Source: an uncultured delta proteobacterium (GTDB taxonomy: Bacteria; Desulfobacterota; Binatia; HRBIN30; BPIQ01). From it: a DNA stretch of 64,000 bases. Below the pieces are notes generated by a model. The model worked only from the letters and a program-made list of their open reading frames with translations, was not told the DNA's origin and did not search any database. Every line of letters starts with the position of its first letter. Within the stretch, counting starts at the first letter, position 1. The stretch spans positions 318,093 to 382,092 of the forward strand of contig CAVXGR010000017.1 of the NCBI GenBank assembly GCA_963761335.1. The letters are read 5' to 3'. Positions 37,148 to 45,671 of this stretch are shown one piece after another. Made by a program: the position numbers and the translations under genes.

Positions 37148-37993
37148 CTACTTGTAGGTGGCCCGCGCCTGCGAGAGGACGACGTTGCCCTTCTGGGTCA
37201 CCGCCTGCACGATCGCCTCGCCGTCGCCGACGCGCCAGATGCGGGTGACGATCGAGTCGCCGAAGTACACCTGGTCGGCGAAGCGCGCCTCGAAGGAGAG
37301 AAAGCGCGACGCGTCTCCCTCGCAGAGGGTTCGCAGGATGGCGCGGCCGACGAACCCGTAGGTGCAGAGCCCGTGCAGGAATGGCTTCTCGAACCCCGCC
37401 ATGCGGGCGAAATCCGGATCGATGTGGATGGGATTGGGATCTCCGGAGAGGCGGTAGAGCGCCCCTTGCTCCGCCCGGGTGATGTCTTCGACGGCGTGGT
37501 CGGGCTCGCGCTCGGGGGGCGCGTTGACCGCTCCCGTGGACGGCCCGCGCTCGCCGCCAAAGCCGCCGGCGCCGCGGATGAACAGGGTCGCCCTGGTGGT
37601 GAACAGCGGCCCCTTGTCGTCCTCGACGATGCCCTCGGTGCCGATCACCGCCGCCTTCCCCTTGTCCCACACCTCGCTCACCCTCCCGGTGACGCGTACC
37701 GACGCTTCCGGAGGGATCTCGCGGTGCAGGGTGATGCCCTGCTCGCCGTGCAGCAGCATCGCCAGGTTGATCTCGACGTTGGCGATCAGGCCGCCCATCG
37801 ACAGCATGCCGGGAATGACCGCGAAGGTCGGCAGGACCTTCGGGCCCTTGCCCTCGTAGACGTAGTCGAGCTCGCCCTCGGGCTTTGCCCCGACGCCGAG
37901 CGCGTAGAGGATCGCGTCCTTGGATGTCCACGAGAAGGGCACCGGCTCGAAGCGGACGCCGACGAGGTCGCTGGAGATCGGTCGCTGGCTCAT
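37148..37993 (-). CDS. MaoC/hydratase-2 double hot-dog (R)-enoyl-CoA hydratase
   Basis: ILYALGVG, LPTFAVI, LHGEQ, YRLSGDPNPIHIDP, LHGLCTYG. Confidence 0.92.
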   Translation of the reverse strand: MSQRPISSDLVGVRFEPVPFSWTSKDAILYALGVGAKPEGELDYVYEGKGPKVLPTFAVIPGMLSMGGLIANVEINLAMLLHGEQGITLHREIPPEASVRVTGRVSEVWDKGKAAVIGTEGIVEDDKGPLFTTRATLFIRGAGGFGGERGPSTGAVNAPPEREPDHAVEDITRAEQGALYRLSGDPNPIHIDPDFARMAGFEKPFLHGLCTYGFVGRAILRTLCEGDASRFLSFEARFADQVYFGDSIVTRIWRVGDGEAIVQAVTQKGNVVLSQARATYK

Positions 37994-38119
37994 GGGCCGT
38001 CTTGTCGAAGAAGATCAAGCCGGAGTCAAGGGAGAGTGAAGGCGTCCGCGCGGGCGAGGCGGGCGCGGCCTCGGCCCCCATCATGAACAGCAGATGAAGA
38101 GAGTGTGAAGATAATTCAA

Positions 38120-38148
38120 TTGACTCGACCGTGTGCGGAACCTAAAGT
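38120..38148 (+). promoter_or_regulatory. Putative sigma70 promoter for the HEAT/PLC-like operon
   Basis: TTGACT-17 bp-TAAAGT in an AT-rich intergenic patch. Confidence 0.5.
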
Positions 38149-38267
38149 TCGAGCCTGCGCGCCGCTTGGCCGGTACGCGCGGTCGTTTCCGGGGGGAACG
38201 GGCCGTTGACAGGAAGCGCATCCCTCGCCGCCAGGGCGGGGTGGGGAAAGCTTGGGGGGAGATACTC

Positions 38268-39233
38268 ATGATACACGTTACGGCGCACCGTTTCCGGGTC
38301 CTGTCGCTGCTCTCATGGACGGCCGCGGCAGTGTTCGCTGTCGCCGGCACGGCGGCAGCGCAGCAGAGCTTCCGGGCGATGAGCCCGGACGCCCTCGTCC
38401 AGGCGTGGACGCGCGCCACCCGCAGCGAGAGGCCGCAGATCGTCGACGCCCTGCTGCAGAACCGGGCCCTGTCGCTGCTCGCCTTGCGCGGCTCGGCGCT
38501 CACCGACGCAGCGCCTGAAGCCCGGGAGTTCGCGGTCGGCATGCTGGCGGCGATGCGCGACAGCGGCGCCCTGCCCGCCGTCCTCGCCGCGACCCGCGAC
38601 GGCGATCTCAAGGTGCGCAAGCGCGCCATCGACGCTCTCCGCCGACTGGCGGACACCCGTGGCGCCCCGCGCCTGCGCGAGCTGGTCAAATCCAATCAGG
38701 ACAGAGGCATCCTCAAGCTCTCGATGATCGCGCTCGGCAAGCTCGGCGCGAATGCCGACGTGGCGCGCCTGCGACCCTTCCTGAACGACGCCGACGAGAG
38801 CGTGCGCGTCGTCGCCGCCGGCTCCCTGGCCATGCTCGGTGACCTCGAGGGCCAGGATCTGCTGCTGGAGGCGACCCACTCCGGCAATCCGATGGCGCAG
38901 AAGAACGCCACCTATGCCCTGGGCTTCGTCGATACTCCGGCGGCGACGGCACGCCTGCAGGAGATTCTCGACGACCCGCAGGGGCACTGGAAGAGCTATG
39001 CCGCCATGGCCCTGGCACAGCAGGATCTGGCGATCGCGCCGCCCGACATGCAGGCGCAACAGCTGGCGAAGCTCGCAGGCGGTCAGGATCGACAGGTCAC
39101 CGATTGGGCCCTCGAGCGCCTCACCGACCTCGGTACTCCCGAGGCGGTGGCGGAGACGGCCAAGCTGGCCAACCGTGCCGGCCGCGTCGGCTGGAGGGCC
39201 CAGCTGCAGCTGGCGCTGACGGAAGGGCGGTAG
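38268..39233 (+). CDS. Secreted HEAT-repeat protein
   Basis: Signal peptide (AAA-QQ); VRKRAIDAL, VRVVAAGSL, AQKNATYALG HEAT/PBS-lyase repeats. Confidence 0.8.
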   Translation: MIHVTAHRFRVLSLLSWTAAAVFAVAGTAAAQQSFRAMSPDALVQAWTRATRSERPQIVDALLQNRALSLLALRGSALTDAAPEAREFAVGMLAAMRDSGALPAVLAATRDGDLKVRKRAIDALRRLADTRGAPRLRELVKSNQDRGILKLSMIALGKLGANADVARLRPFLNDADESVRVVAAGSLAMLGDLEGQDLLLEATHSGNPMAQKNATYALGFVDTPAATARLQEILDDPQGHWKSYAAMALAQQDLAIAPPDMQAQQLAKLAGGQDRQVTDWALERLTDLGTPEAVAETAKLANRAGRVGWRAQLQLALTEGR

Positions 39234-39236
39234 GCG

Positions 39237-40913
39237 ATGAGACCGACTGCAATGCTCCGCTCTCTCTTCGCCGGATTGGTGCTGGTTGCCGTCTTCTGCG
39301 ACGCCGCTGCGGCTCACGACAACGTGATCGTCCACCGGCGCATGGCGCAGGAATCGGTGCAGATCGTCGACAGCCCATTCTTCACGCCCTACCTCAGCGA
39401 CGTTCGCGAGGGCTCCTACGGAGAGGACGTTCCCGCGACGCGCTCCCTCGGCCACTTCTACAACCCGCAGACGGACAGCGCCCCGTGGTTCGCGCTCGGG
39501 GCCGGGCCGGCGTGGCAGAACTCCCAGGACCAGTACGACGCCGCAGTTTCGCAGTTCAACGCCAACAACCTCACCGGCGAGGACGCGGCCTATTACCGCA
39601 TGGGCCGGGCTCTGCACTTCGTCCAGGACATGACCTCGGTGGCCCACGTGCACGACGACCAGCACGCCACCGACGGCGAGGACTTCGAGGACTGGGGCAA
39701 GGCGCACATCGGCGACTTCGACTACAGCAACGTCGTGCCCAAGATCGCCGCCACCCCCACCGCCGCCGGCTTCGTCAAGGAGGTGGCGCGCTACGTCTAC
39801 GATCTGACCGCCTACCAGGCGGACATCGACGAGAACACCGGGCCGCAGGCCGACAGCGTCTTCAAGCGCATGTTTCCTTCGCTGCACTGGGAGGACGGCG
39901 GCTTTCTCGGCGACGACGTCTGGGACGTGGACCGCATCGGCACCTTCGACTGCTTCGGCAATGGCGTGCTCTGCAACGACGGCTGGTGGATGATCGACGA
40001 GACCCTGAACGAGGACAGCAGCGGCCGCGGTGGCTCGCGGCGCCTGCGGGGCTTCGCCTACGTCGAGAACACCGGCGGCAATTCCGCCGAGCCGGTGCCG
40101 CAGGTCTTCAACGGCGAGGCGAACACTTCGGGCGAGACCATGCTGCACATCTACGGCCGTCTGCTCTACCCCGTGGCGATCGCCTACGGGGCCGGCCTGC
40201 TCGAGGTCTTCGAGCAGCAGGTGCACCCGGCGCCGCCGACGGCAACGCCGACCTCGACGTCGGCGGCGCCGACGGCAACGCCGCCGGAAACGCCGACGCC
40301 GACGGCCTCCAGCCCGACGGTGACGGCGACGCCGACCGGCCCGACACCGACGCCGAGCGACACGCCGCCGCCGACACCTCTGTGCCCGCAAGCGCCGCGT
40401 AGCGGCTGCTCGACGGTGGCGGCCAACGGCAAGTCGATGCTGATGTTGCACGAGAACGGCGATCGCGACGTGCTGCTGTGGAAGTGGCTCAAGGGCGACG
40501 TGCCGCCGGGTGGCTATGGCAATCCGGTGACCGGCGGTGTCGACTACGCCCTCTGCATCTATACCGAGAGCGGCGGCGTTCCGGCGCTCGCCAGCCGCGC
40601 CGACATTCCCGCCGGCGGCACCTGCGCCGGCAAGCCTTGCTGGAAGGGGCGCGGCTCCGGATATCTCTACAAGGACAAGGACACCACTCCGCACGGCGTC
40701 AAGACCGTGGTGCTGCGCGAGGGCGTGGACGGCCGCGGGCGCATCGTCGTCAAGGGGAAGGGGTCTCTGCTGCCGATGCCGGGGTTGCCGCTCCCGCAGA
40801 GCCCGCGCGTGATCGTGCAGCTGGTCAATACCGCCGGCGGCTGCTGGACCTCGGAGTTCAGCTCGCCGGCACTGCGCAACGACGAGAAGATGTTCCGCGA
40901 CAAGACGGGCTGA
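39237..40913 (+). CDS. Secreted Zn-dependent phospholipase C/P1-nuclease-like domain + Pro/Thr linker + C-terminal domain
   Basis: Mature N-terminus HDNVIVH; GHFYNP; MGRALHFVQDMTSVAHVHDDQH; DFE; PTATPT linker. Confidence 0.68.
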   Translation: MRPTAMLRSLFAGLVLVAVFCDAAAAHDNVIVHRRMAQESVQIVDSPFFTPYLSDVREGSYGEDVPATRSLGHFYNPQTDSAPWFALGAGPAWQNSQDQYDAAVSQFNANNLTGEDAAYYRMGRALHFVQDMTSVAHVHDDQHATDGEDFEDWGKAHIGDFDYSNVVPKIAATPTAAGFVKEVARYVYDLTAYQADIDENTGPQADSVFKRMFPSLHWEDGGFLGDDVWDVDRIGTFDCFGNGVLCNDGWWMIDETLNEDSSGRGGSRRLRGFAYVENTGGNSAEPVPQVFNGEANTSGETMLHIYGRLLYPVAIAYGAGLLEVFEQQVHPAPPTATPTSTSAAPTATPPETPTPTASSPTVTATPTGPTPTPSDTPPPTPLCPQAPRSGCSTVAANGKSMLMLHENGDRDVLLWKWLKGDVPPGGYGNPVTGGVDYALCIYTESGGVPALASRADIPAGGTCAGKPCWKGRGSGYLYKDKDTTPHGVKTVVLREGVDGRGRIVVKGKGSLLPMPGLPLPQSPRVIVQLVNTAGGCWTSEFSSPALRNDEKMFRDKTG

Positions 40914-40920
40914 GACGGCG

Positions 40921-41673
40921 ATGGAGCTGAGCGGGCGCGCTGCGCTGATCACCGGCGGCGGCGTCGGTACCGGGCGCGCCGTGGCATTGCATCTGGCCCG
41001 CCGCGGTTGCCACGTCGCGGTGAACTACTCGCGCTCGCGGGCCGAGGCGGAGGCGACCGCCGCCGAGGCCGCGAGCGCCGGGGTGCGCAGCCTTGCGGTG
41101 CAGGCCGACGTCGCCAACGACGCGGCGGTGCGGGCGATGGTCGAGCGCACGGTCGCCGAGCTCGGCGGACTGGATATCCTGGTCAACAACGCCGGGGTGA
41201 CCTCTTTCATCGCCCACGGGGATCTCGAGGCGGTGCGTGACGAGGACTGGGAGAAGATCCTCGGCGTCAACCTGCGCGGTGCTTTCTACGCCGTCCGCGC
41301 CGCCGCTCCGGCGCTGCGCGCCGGGCGCGGCGCCGTCGTCAACGTCTCCAGCATCGCCGGCGTCTATGCCATCGGCAGCTCCATTCCCTACTGTGCTTCG
41401 AAAGCGGCCCTGAACAACATGACCGTGACCCTGGCGCGGGCGCTCGCCCCCGAGATCCGCGTCAACGCCGTCGCTCCCGGCTTCATCGACACGCGCTGGT
41501 GGAGCGATCGCGAGAACTACGAGGCAATCAAGCACTTCGCCACCGAGCAGACGGCTCTCAAGCGCGTCTGTCAGCCCGAGGACGTCGCCAAGGTGGTGGT
41601 CGACCTGGCGACCTCGGATCTGATCACCGGCCAGGTCCTGGTGGTCGACGGCGGCATGGGCGTCGCTCGCTGA
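40921..41673 (+). CDS. Short-chain dehydrogenase/reductase
   Basis: TGGGVGTG, LVNNAG, YCASK, VNAVAPG. Confidence 0.93.
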   Translation: MELSGRAALITGGGVGTGRAVALHLARRGCHVAVNYSRSRAEAEATAAEAASAGVRSLAVQADVANDAAVRAMVERTVAELGGLDILVNNAGVTSFIAHGDLEAVRDEDWEKILGVNLRGAFYAVRAAAPALRAGRGAVVNVSSIAGVYAIGSSIPYCASKAALNNMTVTLARALAPEIRVNAVAPGFIDTRWWSDRENYEAIKHFATEQTALKRVCQPEDVAKVVVDLATSDLITGQVLVVDGGMGVAR

Positions 41674-41713
41674 GGGAGAGGCCGGCGTCTCCCCGGGGAG
41701 GTGGGGGGGCGAA

Positions 41714-41826
41714 ATCGTGCTCAGCGAAGCGGTGCTCGTAATCGAACGGGGTCGAGGGGCGGGGCCGGCCCGGCGCCGCGGAGCCGCCCGCGAGCACGAG
41801 TACGATTGCGATTACGAGCACGAGCA
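41714..41826. repeat. Hexamer-based (CGAGCA/CGATTA) inverted repeat between convergent genes
   Basis: GTGCTCGTAATCG pairs with CGATTACGAGCAC; run CGAGCACGAGTACGATTGCGATTACGAGCACGAGCA. Confidence 0.7.
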
Positions 41827-41836
41827 AGCTGGCCCC

Positions 41837-43639
41837 CTACTTGATACGGAGGCGGACGAGGTACATCCCCTCCACGAATCGGGTCTCCTCCGCATCCAGC
41901 TCCGCGGCGTGCGGCCCGAGGGCGGCGGTGCTCAGCAGGGGCTCGCGGCTGGCGAAGGTGAACTCGCGGACGCCGGCTTTGCGGGCGAGCTCGAGCCAGC
42001 GCGACACGCGCGTGCGATCGTTCACGCAGAAGAACGGCTCGCGCATGGCGAGGGGTGCCACGGCGGCGGCGAGCCACCAGACGTCGGTGACCACCGGAGT
42101 ACCCGATGCCGCGATGGCGCTTTCCCATCTCGAGATCAGGGCGCGGTTGTCGTCGAGGCCGCGCAGGCCTCGCAGCTGGTACTGCGCCGCCACCAGAATC
42201 ATCGAGGCGACCAACACGGTGAACGCGGAGCGCGCCAGCGGCGGCCGCTCGGAGAGGCGATAGCTGTGGATCGCCAGCAGGGCGGCGACGGCGGCGAGCG
42301 GGAACAGCGTCAGCACGTAGCGCGCGCCGCCGTCGAGACCGACGACGAACTCGCCGATCACCGAGGAGCGAAAGACGAAGAAGAGGGCGAAGCCGGTGAG
42401 CAGGTAGAGAGCCGCGCTCGCCGCCAGCGCCACCGCCGGCACTTCCCGCCGCCGCCAGGCGCCGGCCAGCGCGTAGCCGGCGATGGCGATGTAGGGTGCG
42501 ATCACGGCGATCCCCTGACCGCCGATGTAGGGCGGCGTCGAGATGGCGGTGATCGCTCCGTACTGGAAGACGACGAGGAGTGCGGCGAGGCCGAGCGCCA
42601 TCTCCAGACGGGCGACAGGGATGAACGGAATCACTGCGGCCCCGAGCAGTGCCGCCAACATCGCCCATTCGCCGGCGCTGGGTACCGGCGGGCCGGAGTG
42701 CGCCTGGACGAAAACCCCGATCAGCAGCGCCGGCAGGTGCAAAAGCTTGGCGCGGCTGGCGACGCCGAGGTTCCGCAGCACCGGCATGTACTCGTCGGTG
42801 TATCGCGCCGGCATCGAGACGAAGAGGATCCAGGCGAGAATGGCACTGCCGCCGAGGATCGCCGCCCAGTAGAGGATCGTGCGGCGCGCCGGCCGTTGGT
42901 GCGGGGCACCTTGGGAGGTTCGGGCCCGCAGTGCCGCCAGTCCCCAGCCGCCCACCAGGGCGACGTCGAAGGCGGCGATCTCCGGCCGCAGCGCCGTCGC
43001 CAACAGCAGCAGAGGCAGCGCCGCGAGCAGGCTCGTCAGCTTCCCCGGGCGCCACAGGCAGACCACCGCCGTCGCCGCGGTTGCCAACAGAGTCGCCAGA
43101 GTGTGCTCGGAGAAGCAGAGACTGTAGAACGCCACCGGGCTGGCGACGCCGACCATGAGAATGGCCGGGGCGGCAAGGGCGGGGCTCTGGCGATCGGCCA
43201 GGAGGCCGGCGATCACCGCCACCAGCCAGCCGCTCAGCAGCGGCACGATGTAGAGGCCGACGATCCCGAAAGCTCGATAGGGGACGGTGCTCAGCAGGGC
43301 AAACCAAATCGGCCAGCGGAACTCGATCTTGCCGCGTCCGGTGCGCCGGGGATAGATGGGCTTGCAGTGGCCGAGGCTGAACCACCCGGCGCGGTCGATG
43401 GCGTGCCCCGGGTCCGGCAGATCGTAGCGCAACCCGCCGCTCCAGTGGATGCTCTCCACTGCCATCAGCTTCGCCCCCGCATCCGGATGCCAGAAGACGT
43501 CCAGCGGCAGGGCGGCGAGCAGCCACAGGTAGAAGATCAGGAGGGCGGCCGCGGCGGCGAGGTTCCAGGGGTTGCGGGTGAACCCGACCCGCTCGGTGCC
43601 ATTTCCGCGCCTCACACCGAGGCGCGTAGCCCCATCCAC
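41837..43639 (-). CDS. Polytopic membrane protein, putative GT-C glycosyltransferase
   Basis: FWHPDAGAK after TM1, FYSLCFSEHTL, LRPE, GGARY.L...P motifs; about 12 TM helices. Confidence 0.6.
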   Translation of the reverse strand: MDGATRLGVRRGNGTERVGFTRNPWNLAAAAALLIFYLWLLAALPLDVFWHPDAGAKLMAVESIHWSGGLRYDLPDPGHAIDRAGWFSLGHCKPIYPRRTGRGKIEFRWPIWFALLSTVPYRAFGIVGLYIVPLLSGWLVAVIAGLLADRQSPALAAPAILMVGVASPVAFYSLCFSEHTLATLLATAATAVVCLWRPGKLTSLLAALPLLLLATALRPEIAAFDVALVGGWGLAALRARTSQGAPHQRPARRTILYWAAILGGSAILAWILFVSMPARYTDEYMPVLRNLGVASRAKLLHLPALLIGVFVQAHSGPPVPSAGEWAMLAALLGAAVIPFIPVARLEMALGLAALLVVFQYGAITAISTPPYIGGQGIAVIAPYIAIAGYALAGAWRRREVPAVALAASAALYLLTGFALFFVFRSSVIGEFVVGLDGGARYVLTLFPLAAVAALLAIHSYRLSERPPLARSAFTVLVASMILVAAQYQLRGLRGLDDNRALISRWESAIAASGTPVVTDVWWLAAAVAPLAMREPFFCVNDRTRVSRWLELARKAGVREFTFASREPLLSTAALGPHAAELDAEETRFVEGMYLVRLRIK

Positions 43640-43693
43640 CGGCTCGGGTCAAGGCAGTCCCGCGCTTTCTGTCACCGCAGCATCATATTTCTC

Positions 43694-43723
43694 TTGACAG
43701 AGACAGGCTTCTCGGGGCAATAA
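43694..43723 (+). promoter_or_regulatory. Possible sigma70 promoter for HU
   Basis: Perfect TTGACA; weak -10 (GGCAAT/CAATAA). Confidence 0.35.
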
Positions 43724-43791
43724 AACGGGCATTCCAACGCCGGGTGCGTCAAGAAAGCCGGTTGAGACGGGACACGAGGGGAGGAGGAACG

Positions 43792-44076
43792 ATGACGAAG
43801 TCGCAACTTCTTGAGAAGCTGGCCAGTTCCAGTGATCTCAGCAAGAAACAGACGGACGCGGTGCTGCAGTCTCTGGTGCAGACCATCGTCTCGTCGGTGC
43901 GCAAGGGCGACCCGGTGAAGATTCCTGGTCTGGGTACCTGGAAGAAAGTGAAGACCAAGGCCCGGATGGGGCGCAATCCGCAGACGGGTGAAGCGATCAA
44001 GATACCGGCTCGGACCAAGGCGCGCTTCACGGTCGCCAAGTCCTTCAAAGAGCAGGTTCTGGGCGCGAAAAAGTAG
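43792..44076 (+). CDS. hup: HU family DNA-binding protein
   Basis: MTKSQL, VKIPGLGTW, ARMGRNPQTGE.IKIPA, F...K.FKE; strong RBS GGAGGAGG. Confidence 0.93.
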   Translation: MTKSQLLEKLASSSDLSKKQTDAVLQSLVQTIVSSVRKGDPVKIPGLGTWKKVKTKARMGRNPQTGEAIKIPARTKARFTVAKSFKEQVLGAKK

Positions 44077-44273
44077 AGCTTCCCGCCTCCGGGACGCTCT
44101 CCGGTACCGCCGGACGCTTTGTCGAGGCGACGGCCCGGCGGCCTGACCTATGGTCGGGCCGCACCGCCGTTTGGCCATAAGCAAGTGTTCAGTAGTAGTG
44201 GCAACTGATTTCATTTGGCTTCATCGCCGCGCCTCGGTAAACGTTTGCTCGACATTGGTTGGAGGGGTTTGCG

Positions 44274-44666
44274 ATGTACCGCAATGATCGGTCGTTCGGG
44301 CTTTTCGAGCCCGACGCCTTGCTGCCAGCACAGTTCTACTCGGCGTTCCGCCACGGTTCGGCGGTGCGTGGGGAGAAGCATCTGATGCTGGCAGTGCTCG
44401 AAGATGCCCTGGACTGTTTCCAGAAGTACGCTTTCTCCAGGGAGACGCACGCACGCCAGCTCTTCGGTGACGCCTGTCAGTGGCTTTACTCGGATGACCG
44501 CGAGTGGCCCTATTCGTTCGAGAACATCTGCGAGACCCTCGAGATCAACCCCGAGTATCTGCGCCGCGGTCTGGAGCGCTGGAAGCGGCACGCACTGGCG
44601 ACAGGGCGGGGTAGGGGCGGCCGCCCCATTCACCTCGAGTCGGAACACGTTCTCGCCGCCAGCTAG
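44274..44666 (+). CDS. Conserved hypothetical protein (LMLAVLEDA / W..SFENICE.L motif)
   Basis: RBS GGAGG; LLPAQFY, GEKHLMLAVLEDALDCFQKY, WPYSFENICETLEINPEYLRRGL. Confidence 0.75.
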   Translation: MYRNDRSFGLFEPDALLPAQFYSAFRHGSAVRGEKHLMLAVLEDALDCFQKYAFSRETHARQLFGDACQWLYSDDREWPYSFENICETLEINPEYLRRGLERWKRHALATGRGRGGRPIHLESEHVLAAS

Positions 44667-44704
44667 GCGTCTGCGATAGGCGGGCCGCGGTAGCGGCTGG
44701 GCTT

Positions 44705-44843
44705 GCCCCGAAGGGGCGGCAACTCATGAGCCCAGGGCAACGCCCCGCTGAATGAATCGCGCCCTTTCAGGGCTTTCGTCTCCTCCCGAATCCAACAGCC
44801 CAGGGCGTTGCCCTGGGCTGTTGAGCTTTCGCCCCTTCGGGGC
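44705..44843. repeat. REP-like cluster (GCCCCGAAGGGGC / AGCCCAGGGCAACGCC family)
   Basis: GCCCCGAAGGGGC..AGCCCAGGGCAACGCC mirrored by AGCCCAGGGCGTTGCCCTGGGCT..GCCCCTTCGGGGC. Confidence 0.78.
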
Positions 44844-44966
44844 TCCCAGAGCTTTGAGCTACTGGCATAGCGGGAGGTTGCCGTTCGGAGAATTCCCTCC
44901 CTCAATCTTGCATCGAGTCGCCGCCACTGCGTAAATGGAGGCAAGCTTTGAAAAGGAGGAGGTCGA

Positions 44967-45557
44967 ATGAAATTTGAGCTGCCACCACTTCCCTATGACA
45001 AGGGTGCGCTCGCTCCGCACGTGAGCGCCAAGACCCTGGACTACCACTACGAGAAACACCACCGCGGCTATCTGACCAAGCTCGAGGGCGCCATCGGCGG
45101 CAAGCCCGAGGCGGAGAAGAGCCTGGTGGAGGTCATCCGCTCCTCACAGGGCAAGGTCTTCAACCTCGCCGCGCAGGTGTGGAACCACACCTTCTACTGG
45201 CACAGCATGAAGCCGGGCGGCGGCGGCAAGCCATCGGGCGACCTCGCGGCCGCCATCGAGCGCGACTTCGGCGCCTTCGCGGACTTCAAGCAGCAGTTCG
45301 CCGAGATCGCCAATGGCCACTTTGGCTCCGGCTGGGCGTGGCTGGTCCGCACGCCAGGAGGCAAGCTGCAGGTGACCAGCACCAGCGACGCGCAGAACCC
45401 GCTGACCGCCAAGGCGACTCCGCTGCTCACCTGCGACGTCTGGGAGCACGCGTATTATCTGGACTACCAGAACGAGCGCAACAAGTACGTCGCCGCCTTC
45501 CTGGACGGCGTCGTGAACTGGGACTTTGCCGCCAAAAACCTGAAGGACGCCGGCTGA
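44967..45557 (+). CDS. sodB: Superoxide dismutase [Fe]
   Basis: HYEKHH, FNLAAQVWNHTFYW (AQ, Fe-type), FGSGWAW, DVWEHAYY. Confidence 0.93.
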   Translation: MKFELPPLPYDKGALAPHVSAKTLDYHYEKHHRGYLTKLEGAIGGKPEAEKSLVEVIRSSQGKVFNLAAQVWNHTFYWHSMKPGGGGKPSGDLAAAIERDFGAFADFKQQFAEIANGHFGSGWAWLVRTPGGKLQVTSTSDAQNPLTAKATPLLTCDVWEHAYYLDYQNERNKYVAAFLDGVVNWDFAAKNLKDAG

Positions 45558-45580
45558 TCTGATCGGGCGGCCGAGGTTCC

Positions 45581-45656
45581 GGGGAGGGCGAGGCTCCCGC
45601 CGAGCCTCGGCGGCGAAAGACATCCGCTGCGGCTCGGCTGGAGACTCGCCCTCCCC
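45581..45656. repeat. REP-like inverted repeat (GGGAGGGCGAG family) between convergent genes
   Basis: GGGGAGGGCGAGGCTCCCGCCGAGCC pairs with GGCTCGGCTGGAGACTCGCCCTCCCC; degenerate relative at about 27827-27865. Confidence 0.75.
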
Positions 45657-45671
45657 GAGCCGCTGGTTTCC

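Noticed and set aside
35205..38084. 959-aa ORF
   Set aside because: The upstream part overlaps the MaoC gene out of frame; the real start is ATG 36977 with RBS and signal peptide
38313..40952. 879-aa minus-strand ORF and many other long antisense ORFs (e.g. 1186-3165, 41717-43723, 51211-53046)
   Set aside because: Typical high-GC shadow ORFs opposite well-supported genes, with no motifs and Arg/Ala/Gly-biased composition
44077..44273. Possible ncRNA between hup and the hypothetical gene
   Set aside because: Only short GC-rich hairpins; no recognisable tRNA, 6S, SRP or tmRNA features
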